Positions 26,201 to 40,022 of a stretch of DNA of 64,000 bases are shown here, one piece after another. Location: contig OZ234494.1 of the NCBI GenBank assembly GCA_965153455.1, forward strand, positions 9,796,001 to 9,860,000, in the 5' to 3' direction. The stretch is from Sphagnum compactum (Eukaryota). The notes under the pieces are model-generated. The model was not told where the DNA came from and ran no database searches. It was given only the letters and a program-made list of their open reading frames with translations. Positions within the stretch are counted from its first letter, which is position 1; each line of letters opens with the position of its first letter. A program made the translations under genes and the position numbers.

Positions 26201-29200
26201 CCAACTATTTGCAATCCTTGTGCTTTGATTTTTGTTGGAGTTTCATCCACTACAACATTCCCTAGTTGATGTCTATAGTACGTCCCAACCTCAATCTCAA
26301 TTGTTTTATGATAATATTAACTCCAAAAATTCCAGAACCTCCATCGAGCAACACATCCTCTATTGTATTCTTCCCAATCTGTACTTGGATAACTGCCATA
26401 TGATTATCTATTACTATAACAATTGTCCCTACTTCTAGTATTGAATAACCAACTGGTATCTCTATGGTTACTTTACTTACATTTTGAATTTTCTCTGGTT
26501 TTAGCTTTTGCCAAATATCTTTTTAGCTTAGGAGCTATTTTAAGCAATTGTCCTAAGTTCAAAGTATAACTTATTTCTAGCATCTGCTTACCAATGTTCA
26601 GAAAAATCTTTTTTTATTGTGATTAGTTTCCCTTGTGAATTCATTACTTCCTAAAATTTCAATGCATCCATAGGAGTAGTATTTGGCATACCCGGCCAAG
26701 TTGTGTTCCATCTTTCCATGGATGTGGATGGCCCTTCTAACTGGGTTTGTGTATTTTTGATTTGTTGAATTGTCTCCACCATTGATTGCTTTGAAATCCA
26801 TGCAAACAAGAGTTAAGAATTAATGTACCCAAAAAAAATTATTATCCCCATAAAATCACCTATTTGTAGTTAATCATTTTATTCAAAAACCTTTATATTT
26901 TGTTACTTACAATGTTTTTTATGTATATTTTACCATGCTTTCACTCATATATGTTGTTTATTGTGCCTCAATCTAGGGACACAATTATACAAGTTTTAGC
27001 ATGCCTTATATTGCAAAAACAAACTTTAGGATCCAATTCATGAAGGTCCAACAAGTAATCATGGACATTTTATATTCCAAAATGATTATTTGTTATGGCA
27101 TGCTTGTTGTTTAGTAATACATAATATTATGTTTGTCAAAATCTTATTTAATATAATATACTTTGCAAATAAACAATAAATTGTTTTTTAGTAATTTTAA
27201 CTAAAAACAAATATAAGACTAAACCTTAAAGACTTTGTCAACTATTTATACAATACTAAAGAGCTTTGTAATAAATATAACGTCCTTGACCTTCAAAAAC
27301 ATATTGTGCCACATGGATTCAAGGTTCATCTCCTTCATTAATAGCTTTAGATCTTCATCTTGTTTTCCAAAGCCCCAATAACACCACTAGTTTGGGTGTA
27401 ATTTATGCTCGCATACATTACATTTGTTGGTGTCCTTCAAGATGGCAATAAGGCAAAATGGGCAAAAGGTGTGTTAACAACTTGGTATCACAATATCTGT
27501 GGAAAGATACCATTGATTATAATAACCACAAGGCTTGATAATAATGATGACCTTTTTCTCTTGGCTTGTTTGGGCGTAAAACTGGTTGAGACCAAAATGA
27601 AAGGCCAAATTTTTTTTTCATTTGTTCAACTTCGTATTACAAACATGTTTATTCTTTGGGAAGTTCTTGTTGGGTAATCAAAACCTTCTCCAATTCCTAC
27701 TATATTAGGTCACATTCTTGGTCAACCTCTTGATATAAAACTTCACTTTGAATAGCCATCTTCTTGTTGTCATCAATGATTGATGTGGCAATATTTAATC
27801 CCCCCCCCCTTTATTTTGCTTTTAAGCTATAACAAGGCATTCATATATGATTCCAAGGTTTTAGTCTATTGCATGCACCTATCCAAATTTGTTTTTTACA
27901 AGAATAAAATTGGCATCTTCTCCTTTTGAAGGCACTAAGTCAATCTTCACCTACTCCCCAACCAAGAATACATGATGCACATAGGAACAACAATGAATGT
28001 AATGAATATATAAAAGTTTGTCACCTTTAAATTGCCAAATCACAAACTCAATTGTAATTGATCTTCATGTGTAAAACACAATTGCTAAATTATAACTAAA
28101 TTACCAAACTAACCAAACAATTACATTATTTTTGAAGCAATTTAGTTTTTTCATTAAAATAAGAGAGTGATGTTTCAACCACATCAATTTTTTCATGTGT
28201 TTTTTAAGTTGCCCCTTTTGATCCTCCATATTAAATTGTAGCCCAATCAAATCCTCCTCCATTTCTATAAAAGTTTGTTTTGGGACAATTGTTTTGTGTG
28301 TGTTCAAAACCTTTGTCAAATTCTAAAATTTTCTCCATTTTGACCCACATTGTTGAGTTGATGGTTAAATGTTGGGCCTTTTCCTTTGTACTAGAGGTTG
28401 TAAATTTGCCCCAATTAATAATATAGCCATTTTGTTATGTTACCAACCTTCTCACCAACCATGTCATTTTTTCATTGTTGGTGACATGCCATGTTCCATA
28501 GATCATACAACTTCTCCAAATCTCTTTTAATTTCCAAAGATAACAAGGGGTTGGTGATTTTGAATTTAATAACATGTGGCCAAAGACATTGGCAATATAT
28601 GTGGTTGCTACACATTTGTTTGTTAGGTCAAACTTTAGATCCAAACCTTTTGCAAGCAACTATGTTAGGTTCTCAAAAAACTTCACATCTTGACCCTTAT
28701 ATTCAACCCAAGGCCATTTGGGGTATTCTTTATCAATCTTTCACTTTGATTTATTTTCTTCTTTTCCTTTCCCATAACCTAGTACCTAAAACATGCACCC
28801 AAAGATTTTTTAATTTTTGAATCGAAACAAAATATTTATTGCAAACCTAGTAAACACCTAGAAGCCCTTAGTAACCATGATGAAACAAAAATGAATAGTT
28901 TATACAATGAAAGACCATATGTGTAAAAGGAAAGATAACATACTTGTAAATACCAAGTAAGTATTATGGACACAATTAGAAAAACAATTAACAAAATAAT
29001 TTGAGATCAAAAATGTTTGCAAGGTAAGAAATGATAAGTGCATCCTTGGTTGATAAAATGGAAACAAAAAGTTTCGAAGCCTCCTAATATACCACCTCAT
29101 AGGAAGGTGAACTAGGACCTTTCATTGGATGCATAGTAGTGCAAAAGTTAGTCATCAAGCCTAGGTGCTTTCTATGTTTTCTGCACCATGTCAAAAAATC

Positions 29201-31539
29201 ACAGACATTCAAAGATATCCCCTAAATCATTCATAGGTGACCCCTATGACTTATAAGTTTTTATGAGTAGCCACATACTATTCTTTATGTCTTTTGGAAG
29301 TTGTAGAGAAAATTTTCAAGAGACTTTCTTCAAATATTACATATGTGAGGTTATGGGTTTTAACTTTCTGCAAATACTACATATATTAGGTTATGCTTTT
29401 ATATGCTTTTTGTGTATTCTTTATAATAGTTATTAGCTAATGTAAATTGTGTTGTTTTGCTTTGCATCCTTCGTCAAGTTCAAAATGCTAAGCAAAGGTT
29501 TATTATAAAGATGAATTATTTAGGGTAGAGTGCTAATTAAAGAATCATGCACTTTATAAACATCTCCTTTCCTTTAAAAAATTCATAACATGTTAAGTAA
29601 AACATCACTTGTTAAACGACTTGAATACTGGATTTGAAAGCATTCCAATGCTTAATGAAAATTCACTCTTGTGAAAAAGTAAGGTACAAATCACAATATC
29701 TTCATTCATTTCTATATGTGTACCTAGATGTTCCACTCATGAAAAAATGCGCCATAGAGCACAAAGTCTTGAGAGATGATCATTCTTCATTTTTACATCT
29801 ATCAAGTTTTTATGAACTTGATTCCACAACTTGACAAGCTATTGCTAATCAACCAACTAGTGAAATTCACATGATTTAAAGTGAGACATGATTACCCAAG
29901 TACTACAAATAACAAAGATTGAAAGTTAACAAAGGGTATTTGAAGTCAAGACTATACTTAATTTCCCATAATAGTTGCAAGGGTAGCTTTTAAACACTTC
30001 AACATTGGACAATGAATCTACTTACACGATGAGACAACAAAATCCTAATTAACAATCTAAATACATTGACATTATAAAAATAAAGCTATGATAAGCTAAA
30101 AAACATTTAGACGAAATAATGTTGCAAGTTGTACAAAGTGTACCTTAAATTGTCAAGACCAAGGTTAGCCTTCTATTAATGCAACAACATGGTTTTTGAA
30201 CATTTCATGAATATTGTTTCAAAGATTGGAATAATTTGTTTGTGGGAAATGGTCATTGGTATCATTTCTCTAATTGATTTTATGACATTTTTTTGTTGAT
30301 TTGTCATTTGCAAATTTTTGGGACCTTAAAAACAATACATTTTGTTGTTGATTTATTACCTACAAATTTTTGGGACCCTAAAAAAATACATTTAGCTATT
30401 GATTTGTTAATTGCAAATTTCTGGAACTTTGAAACATTATTTAACTTTGTAAACTACTTCACAATAATAGAATGTATGTGAGAGTCAACTTCTAAGTGGG
30501 GTTTTATATTTGGTAAGGTAGTAAAACTATTGCCTTCCTTATCAAGACTTTTTAAAGGAGTGCAAAACACCTCACCATCTTTAAAATATCCATCATATTC
30601 ACCCTAGGCCAAATTTTCATCACCAAACTATGATTTATTCAAGGTTTCCCATATGGCGCACTCAATATTTTTGATAGATGGCAATTTGTGAGCATTAGCT
30701 CCCACCCAAAAATGAATGTCAAACAACTTACTCTTGTTGTAGCCTTCATTCCGTTAATGCACCTAAAATCAGCCTTGACACAAAAAACTACTTGAATTTT
30801 AATTGCTAGGAATGCAATTTTGCCACAACTCCATGTCATTTTCATGCCAACTTTTGGGATTTCTCTTCAAGTTAAATTTTGCATGTAGGCCTCACAAGAT
30901 GACCTAGGCCCGACTTGGCCGAGTAATATCTTTTTGCAACAACTCACTTGACCTTGGCAATACACACCCAAGTAAAAAACACTTCATTTTCAAACTTGTA
31001 ACCCTAGTCAGGTTTTTTAGTCCTTAATAAACGTGAACATTGTAGCATGGAAATAAGGGACACCATTTAGCGAACACACCTACATTGTGTTTAGGAGTAA
31101 GTGAAAAACATAGAACTTACTTGGTCAAGTTGTTGTGACCTGTGAACACCACCATTGCCTCCATCAAGTGTAACATTCTAGTTTATAGATCTTTTGTAAC
31201 CGTAAGTGACGATATTTTGAACTATTTGGTCTTCACAAGTGTAACACTACCCTACACATGCTTGAAATTTAGATTTTCAGATAGTTACTCCTTGTTTATT
31301 GAATATTCAATGCATTTGGTGAATTTTGTGAAGCAAAAAGAAGAAGACTTGCCATAGAAGCTATAGAATAGCTTTGCCACATTAAACCTTGAAAACAAGA
31401 ATGACAAGATTGTGAATTGTTCAGATTTGGAGCTTGTGACAAACTTGCGTGTGACTTTACAACAAACCTACACATGACAAAGACGACGAAACCTATACTA
31501 AACTAGCATCTGGGGTAAACAATGCGCATGAAGGAGACT

Positions 31540-32330
31540 TACTTCATTTGAAATTTCTCTATTGTCATCCAATCTTGACTATATGCCCTATCAAAAACGA
31601 AAAGGTCACATGATTTTATTTTTTCCTAAATTCTCCTTGGAAAGGACCTTGGCCTTGGCATTAATGGCTCCTTTTATTGTGATTGGACCTTACACTATTG
31701 TGTAATGCAAAGTCACATAAATTGTGATACCTTATATGTAGCCATGTACTTAAAACAAATTGAAATGCAAAGAGTACAATACCAATAATGCAAACCTTGT
31801 TTAGTTGGGGGCTAACAAGGGGCACACAACATTGGTTGTACAATAAATGGTAAATTGTACTCAATAGACTGATTGGAGGCCAATTTCTAATGTTGGTTTT
31901 TCCTTTCTCATTTGTGCAATAAACACATATTTAATCCCTATGTTGAAGGCTAAGAATTGTACTCAATAGACTAATTGGAGGCCAATTTCTAATGTTGGTT
32001 TTTCCTTTCTCATTTGTGTATTAAACACGTATTTAATGCTTATGTTGAAGGCTTAGCCCAACATATGTTGCTCCAGGACCTTGTTTAGCATTTCCAATAT
32101 ATATTTGGCCCTATGGTTTTGCCAAAGCCGTCCAAGAAGATTTGGGGAAAAACCATCTTTACTATGACTCCTTTGCCTTTGGTCATTTCAACCAACCTAG
32201 TTAAAGTAGCATTTAGCTCAATCTTGACCATTGTGAAACACCCTCTACAAGAAGATTTTGATTTTGAAGAGAACATAAGTCTCACTAAGAGATTCTTGTT
32301 TATTTAATTTTTCCTTGTGCAATCAGTTTC
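31540..32330 (-). mobile_element. LINE (non-LTR) reverse transcriptase remnant
   Basis: Degenerate LINE ORF2 motifs in correct order: EMTKGK...IGP; RNWPPISLLSTIYHLL (cf. NWRPISLL..YK); FDRAYSQDW (cf. DFEKAYDRV.W). Confidence 0.65.
31854..32053. repeat. Tandem duplication, ~102 bp x2, inside the LINE remnant
   Basis: attgtactcaatagact.attggaggccaatttctaatgttggtttttcctttctcatttgtg...tatgttgaaggct occurs twice. Confidence 0.9.
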
Positions 32331-35300
32331 CAAAGAGGTGCACATTCTTTTACAGATTTGAATGTGTTGATGCTGCAGGCTGACACTCACTCAGAGGAGA
32401 CTTGCATGTGCTTGTGGATCGAGAAATTGTACGTTCTATTTGCACACTCTTACATGTAGAAGACGGCGAAGACCAGAATTTTGCTAGCATGGAACCACTC
32501 GACCAACCATATGCAGCAGGAGTCGAAGATGGGTAGGAAAGCCAACCCAAATTGTTCAATTGTTGAAAGTGTACAGAAAACTTCCTAGCTGTGCAATTGA
32601 AAAGGGCCCAGTCTTCACAAGTCAGAGAGATTTTGTAAACCTGGTTTTGTCATTCTGTAAGGCAGGTATAATACACTTTCAACTTGAACTTTCTTTCATA
32701 TCTGAAAAGCCAGAAGAATTCAAAGACCCCACATACTACATCAATGACAAGATTCTAGAATAGAAACCCAGCAGAAGGCTGCATGCAATTACTACACACA
32801 AAGGGAAATCAGAGAGAAAGATATGTAGTAGTAGTTGGGTTGCTGGTTCAATCTGCAGTGAACTCATCACTAGACTTTTTTGTGCCTAAAAAACTCAAGG
32901 AAGAACTTTGTGGTATGCAGTGAAAATTTTGACCCTGTGCTAAATTGCTTAATTAGCTTTCCGTTTTACTCGAATGTTAACAAAAACAATGTTAACCAGC
33001 TTGCCTATCTTTTGACACAAACCATTTAAGTATAATTCAGCATATACATGTACATGTGTGTGTGAGCTTTTTTTTGGGAAAAAATTCTGGTGTATTTTTT
33101 CCACAGAAAATTTTGGAAAAATCTGTTTTTCCAGTACAATTTTGACTAAATTTTCTGTTCTATTGGGCAAAAGTTTGCCAATTTTTTGACCTCACCAAAT
33201 TGAAAAAAAGAAGTCCCTGTACATGTGCGTGTTGGTGTGTGTGCGTGCGTGTGTGTTTTGATTTGAAAGAAGATTCTTTTGGCAAGATCCCAAATATTTC
33301 CCATTACAAGCAGCTTTGATCTGGCAAATACTGCCCTTTACTTTTCATTAGCATGCTACCCACACTTACATATAATTTATGCACCATCCAAGGTGATGAA
33401 TTCCATCCCATATTAACTAACTTTCTAATTAATATTCTTATAGTCCTCCAAATAGTCAATTTAATTTAAGAATTTGAATTCAATAAAATTAAATCTGAAT
33501 TCATTTGAGTTGATTTTCAATTCAAGTCACATGCAATGTCATTCAATATTCTCATTTGAATGGAACCTAATTTGCAAGAACTCAAATCATCATCAAACAA
33601 AATTTCACTCACATGAGTGTGGAGCCCAAGTATTCTTATAGTCCTCCAAATTACGTAATTGAGACCAACATAGTCCACCCAAAGTTCAACCCTTGAGGAT
33701 GATCCAAACCAAAGCTTTTAATGCATGAAAGTCAAGTGTGCTCTTTAGGGTCATTGGGTTTAGGGTTTTGATCATTCTGTGTCAATCAAAGCAGACAGAG
33801 CATGATGGGTGGGGTTCTAGAGAGGTTGTTTCATCAAGGTACGAAGGTGGTAGTAGTAGTAGTAGTAGTAGTAGGTACCCAATTCTAGTATTACTACCAA
33901 AAACCATAATCTTTTCAATGGTGAGATTTGAGAGTCAATCAAAAGCTCCCCAAGTCAATCACTGCTGCACACCTTCAAAAGACTTTTCTGTCAAGAATCT
34001 GTGGGCTGTCAAATGTGAAGAGAAGATACAAATAATAGTAATAATATACTAGAGACTTATATGGGTGTCTCAGACTGAAAGGGTACTACTATGTAGTACT
34101 ACTATTTCCTTTTCTTTCTGTCTTCCCTATAATAAGCACGGACTACTACTAATACCCGAGCCAAAATCTTTAGTCCTTCAACAAAGATACAAATACATGA
34201 AGAACCTGCACTACAACATATTATGGCTTTTTCCTTCCTTCTGCAGTATCTAGTAGACCTTGACTGGGGAGTTGGTAATTGCACATACTACACTAATGTC
34301 TTAACTTCACATTCACATTTTTGAGCATTCACATTTTGAATATAAAGTGCAGTTGCACCAGCAGCAGTAAAATAGCCTGTACACTCTCCTTTGGAAGAAG
34401 AACAAAAGCCTTCAAATTGCATAATATTGATTTTGGAACTTTGTTGGCTGGTTCTTGGGTTTTTAAAGAATTATTGAGTTTGGGTCTTAGATTTCAAACT
34501 TGAATGAAAAACTTTTTCTTTTCCTTTTGAGTTTCAAGAATTATTCTCAAAGATTAAAACCCTATCAATTTTGGGGCCGGGTTCAATTTTGTAGATTGTC
34601 GATTCTTGGATTCATGGTTTTGTGCTTTATGAGATGTGTTGGTTCTAGGTTCAATGCGGGTTCAATTTTTCATCCTTATTTGGGATGATGGTTCCAAGGT
34701 CAAATTCAAGGCTGGTTTCTAGGCCCATTTAGCCCATTGCACTCACTGCCTTCATTTATACTTTGAGGCATATAATTTGTTTGAAGAAGTTGTCATGGAA
34801 GGACATGTAGATTCTTCAAATGGTGTAATTCAAGCCAAGGCATAACTAGGGGCATAAGGTAACTTCCTATAGGGAAGCCAGAAGCCAGAAGAATCATCTT
34901 CGAATATAAACCCCATTTGGTTGGATGTTTCAAGAAAGGTCTTCTTATTGTAATGGAAATCAAAAGAATGAAGCCTTGAACAAATACGCAGAACTAGACC
35001 TAACACCCCATGACCTTGGATCCTAGAATTCAAGCCTAGGACCCTCGAACCTCAAAACCCTATATTCTATCTAAACCTAGGATCCTAACCCATACTTAAC
35101 CATGTGACTTGGACCTTGTAAAAAACTTCATCCATTAGTTCAATTTTACAATTCTAACAATTTTAGTTTTTGATGGGCAACTACCGCTAAAGCACGAGAA
35201 GGAATCAAGTTTACAACGTGTCTTGAAATTTAAACACATTCACACAAGTGTAGGAGATTGTTAAAAAAATGAGTTTCAATGCTTTCAAATGCATTCCCCA

Positions 35301-38124
35301 GTTTTAATGTTGGAATTGCATTGTGGTTTGAATTTTTAGAAGAAGGAAACTCTTTTTTAAATTTACAAAAATATGTGAATAAAAAATAGAGTCTTGTATA
35401 TTGGTTGTTGGGTAAAATTCATAATTTAATTAGTTGTATGATAAGATTATGTTTATTATGAAATCCAAGATATAATTATAGGGTATGCATCAATCCTTGG
35501 TATTAAAAAAAAGTAAAATATGTATTAAATATTTTAGTTATTTAGTTGTTAGTAGGTTCCATTAGTTTTAGTAAGTTCAATTATTAAGTTAATAAGTGAA
35601 TTAATACTAAAAAAAGAACTAGTAATTGAATGTGAAATGAAGGATCTTTCTGCACATTATAATTGAATCATTTTGAAATAGATATTTACATTTCACATAG
35701 ATATTTTTCTTTGCCACCTCCCAATTACTTAATAAAAGGATATTTAAAATACATAAGGTATGTTAAATAGTTAGATGAAAAATCTTATCATGTTCAATTG
35801 CATCTTTGTCAGTCTTCACAACTTCAAGTATTGAAAAAAAAAGGAAATATAGGATACCAAAATTTGATGCAAACAAAAATTTATAATTAATTTATGTTGG
35901 CTTTAATATGTGCATATTAAAATTCCATAATATTAAATCAAGGATTTTTTTTTTCACATAATAACTCCCTTTAATAATACTTTGTTTGACACAAATAGTG
36001 TAAAATTTTAACATTTAGTACCCCCCTTGGGGTTTGGGGGACCAAACTTTGTCTCCATTGGGTTTTTATAGATAATGATTTTGTTTTGAAGAGTGGATAT
36101 CCAAGATGATCTCACATTCCCAATTTTGATATTTGAAGCTTAAATTATGGCTAAAAAAAATAAAATAAAATATCTAGTCATTAAAACATCCAACAAAAGA
36201 GTCAAACGACATCCAAATGGAACATGCATTATGTTGTTGGGAAGGTCTTTTCAAGATCTATATTTTTTCATAGTAGTGGGGTTCATAATTTGATAGTTTA
36301 AATTTTTTTGGGACACCCATTTTCAAGTTCCTCCCATCATTATTTATAGGGAACCCTAAAAAGGAGGCAACAACCACATCACATCATTAAAACATTCAAA
36401 TAATATGAAGACGAAAAAGGCACCAAGAGATGGCACCATCATCACATCAAATTTTTTTTGATACCAAACATATTTAAAACAATTGTCCATTTTAGTTAGT
36501 TTGTTAAACTTTTTACTATTCTTATGCTTATTTAAAACATGTCAAACTGTTGTTTACAAAATATATAATAAAAAAAAAAGTAATGACAAAATTTCAAATC
36601 TAGCTCATGGTGAGTCATGTGAGTTTATGTTCTTTATCATGTAACCCGTGCACCATTTTGGCTTCAATTTGCTCTAATCATCTTTTTTTCATAGTATGTG
36701 TAAATTGATTTCCCTTTGAACTCACATTTGTGAATTCATTGTAGTTCCATCCCAAAGTTTCATTCCTTTCTTTCTCTTGGGAATTAAAGAACACATCAGA
36801 ATTTGCATCTTGGGTCCAAAACCAAAAATCAATAAGTTCTTTACCTTGTATACCATTTGACAAACTTAGGGGTGTATCATGTTGAAGTTTTTGAAATAAA
36901 CAAAAACTTATGATTCTGTGATTCTGATTTTTTTCCAGAAAATCAGAATTAACACTTAAACAAAACCAGCATTGAAATCATTAAATTTTTTTGAACAACT
37001 ACCCAACACCAATTTTGACCAATGTAAGATGGTGATTTGTGAGAAAAACAAACTCCTAGTGGTCATCAATGTAGTTTTTCAGATTCATAACTATGGCTCT
37101 TAAAAAATAAAATCAAAGACTCATTTTTGGTATACAATCACGATTTGCAAAGTTTGAAAAAATGAAATAAAATCAGCCATGAAACGGCCAGTTCATTATG
37201 AGTTCTTTTCTAAAAACCATTAGTTACAGAAGGTTTTTGAAATGACCAAGACCAGCGGTTCTCTTATTCTGATTATTTTTCAATGAATTGGAACCAACAA
37301 TTCTCCACTTTTCAAATAATTAAAAAGCTGAAATTGTCGATGATTCTTCTTCACAAATTCAATTATTTTGCACAACACTAGTTTGGGACCTGTAAAATTT
37401 CCACACTATATACTATGGTGTCCACAAAGGCCTACCAAAAAAAAAACAACGGCATCATGTAATTAATTGGCCAACCACAATGAGTGGCGTGGCGTGGCAT
37501 GGCGTGGGTGGTGGCATTAAATAGTCTCTCACATTATAGTGTCCATTTTTTTCATGTTTATAGGTGGGGATGGGGATAAAATGAACACTCTATGTTGAAC
37601 ATGATAAGCACTTGTAGAGGTGCTCCGAATAAAGGTTATGGGTGGAACCAAATTCAGGTTATGGGTGGACCAACCCACCCTTCTCGAAGAATAAGAAGGG
37701 TACTTGAACCTTGAATAAGAAGGGGTAGTTAACCTTGTAACCTTGTAATACTTTTCCTTGCTGTTCAAGAAATTCAGGGCTTGGGTCTGGGAAGTCGGTG
37801 CCTGAAAGAGAGGAGAGAGTATCATGATTCCTCATCTTGTCTGCAACCCAATGCCAAAAACTTTTGCACCAAAACGCTGACAACAAGTTCTTAGATGCGC
37901 ATGATTACTTCCATGAAGGGGGGGAAAGGAGGCATTGAACCCAGTTTGTCAGTTTCTCAAGACCACCTCCAAAGAAAGACTTGGTCTCAATTTGCTTTGC
38001 TGGTCTGGTATTTGTGTAGTAGGCACTTTGGAGAAAGTGTTTTGGTGATTTGGCCACCACTGTCCTGCTGCCAAGCTGCTGCTGCTTGCTTGCTTGCTTG
38101 CAGCTATGTCTGGCCTCTCTTCAG

Positions 38125-38375
38125 AACTCTCTTCACCCAATTGTTCTACATAATACTAGCCTAGTGTGGGTTGGTTTTTCTCTACATAAAAAAAAATTGA
38201 GAATAGTTTTTACCTCTTCTTAACTGAACTAAAATTAAGTTTTTTGTCTGGACTCTGGGTTCTGACTCTCTTCCAAATTTTCACCCAATTGTTATGGAGA
38301 ATAATAGTGCAGGTTTTCTCTACTTGAAAATTTGAGAGTAGTTTTACCTCTTCTTAACTGAGCAAAATAAGTTGT
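38125..38375. repeat. Degenerate tandem duplication, ~140 bp x2
   Basis: ttcacccaattgtt...ttttctctac...ttgaga.tagtttt.acctcttcttaactga...aagtt occurs twice. Confidence 0.65.
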
Positions 38376-39817
38376 TGATTTTATGAATTGTTGAACCTGG
38401 TGTTTTCTCTTCTCCATGATTCTTTGTATTCCTTCACTTTATGTACCCATCAAAGTCACAAACTGTGTATTCCGATCACCCTAAAACCTAAAACCCTAAA
38501 CTCATCACCCCGCATTTTGCTTTTTGAAATGCCCGTGCTGATACCTGTCGGGTATCATGGTAAATTTTTTTAAAAAATAAAAAAATAAAAGTCATCAATT
38601 TTAACGCTGGGCATTACCAAAATAACAGGCCCTTGGCCTCCAGTCTTGGGGGCCCATTATTATGTTGGGAATGCCCCCGCCGTAGGGCATTACCCTACTC
38701 TCTACCCCTCAGATATGTCAAATTTGGACCCAAGTCTGCACCCTGTTGATTTACTTACCTCCTGGGTCTCTCTGTTTTGTGCTTCGAGGCAGACTATGCC
38801 ATTCAAAATAATTTGTACCAAACATCCGCAACGTTCGTTTTTATTATATTAATTTTTGTGCGATGCAGAGCCCGTCGAGGTCCTTCCAGGTTATGAGAAG
38901 CATGCAATCATGCTGCTTGCTGCATTGTTGTAACAGCTTGTATTGTTTCTGGCAGCGAGAGAGGTTTGTCAATCCTCAGACATCTCGACTTACACAAACT
39001 TTGGGAGAGTCTCCTATCCTATCGCCTTGTTGACACTTTTCCCCGAGGCCAGAGAGTACTGGTTTGCAGATGGGGTTCTTAAGACAATACATAGAAAATG
39101 GAATTGTTATCAGGTGCTTTGATAAGTCAAGTTCAAGTTTCAAAGTCAAGTACTTTAAAAAGACCGCTACTTCCCTCCTAATGAAACAAACCCCTCAATT
39201 TTGGTGTTAAACTTAGTTTCATCCTGTCTTTCCATTTTCTTGAGCGCCTCCACTGCTGCCAGCCTGCCTACATATATGTTTTTCACTGCTGCTACATATA
39301 CAACTAGCCTACTATTAATTAATTATTCTCAAACCTTGTGCATCAAATGCTGAGTTTGAGCATTTCATACTGAGATTTAATAAAATTTCCTTACATACTT
39401 TCGGGATACCACTGAAAGAGGGGATGGGGGTGAAAGGAGGCCCCAAGACAGGGTGAAGACGTGGTGACTTTGAAGATAAGTCCATTGTATTGAAATGTTT
39501 GGGGTTCACTATCTTTTTTTTTGGGGGGCAATGTAAACAATCTTGAGGAACTTGGAATCTTGAAAATTTGGGACATTCCAAACAACCAAAACGGTAGTCT
39601 GATTTACGTGGATTTGCAAATGACCCACCCACCGCCAGATGAAGCATGAAAATATCTCTACGGTTGAGGATTGTTTGATTAATTTTGCTCGGAAAGTCTG
39701 TGTTATCAATCAAGTCCGATCAAGCACATATTATGCAGCCAGTAGTAAAAAGTATCACTTTAGAGACTTGTTTTAGTGTGTGTTTGTGTGTGAGCGCACT
39801 CACAGAGTGTCTTGGAG

Positions 39818-40022
39818 TGCCGACTTTTGCATGCTTGACCAACCCTCCCTCGTGGATATAATATAAATCAGTGACCCCACCGTTGTTGGACTGGTGAGTC
39901 GGTTTTGACTTACCAGACTGCCGACTTTTGCATGCTTATCACCCACCCCCATAGATATAATATAAATCAGTGACCTTACAGGAGTTGAACTGGTAAGGTA
40001 AGTCACTCTTCGCTTACCAGAC
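39818..40022. repeat. Tandem duplication, ~102 bp x2
   Basis: tgccgacttttgcatgctt...gatataatataaatcagtgacc...actggt.ag...cttaccagac occurs twice. Confidence 0.85.

Larger units (their letters stand above)
18658..26600 (-). mobile_element. 5'-truncated, degenerate Ty3/Gypsy LTR retrotransposon (non-chromovirus) with extra 3' ORF region
   Basis: Minus-strand order: RT (WLSPIAIV..KNGKLRIYINFRKLN..T.KDPYPLP; MPFG; IFLDDFTV, ~26100-25260), RNase H (KFRHYLLGNKF, ~25100-24620), integrase (AGYWWPTMY; PFMKWGFDFVGP; IDYATKWAEA; TDQG, ~24500-23800), GPY/F motif (~23550), extra ORFs (22450-19250), PPT and 3' LTR. Confidence 0.92.

Noticed and set aside
27200-29100. Possible decayed transposase on the minus strand
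   Set aside because: Protein-like fragments, but no diagnostic motif I can name; needs BLASTX.
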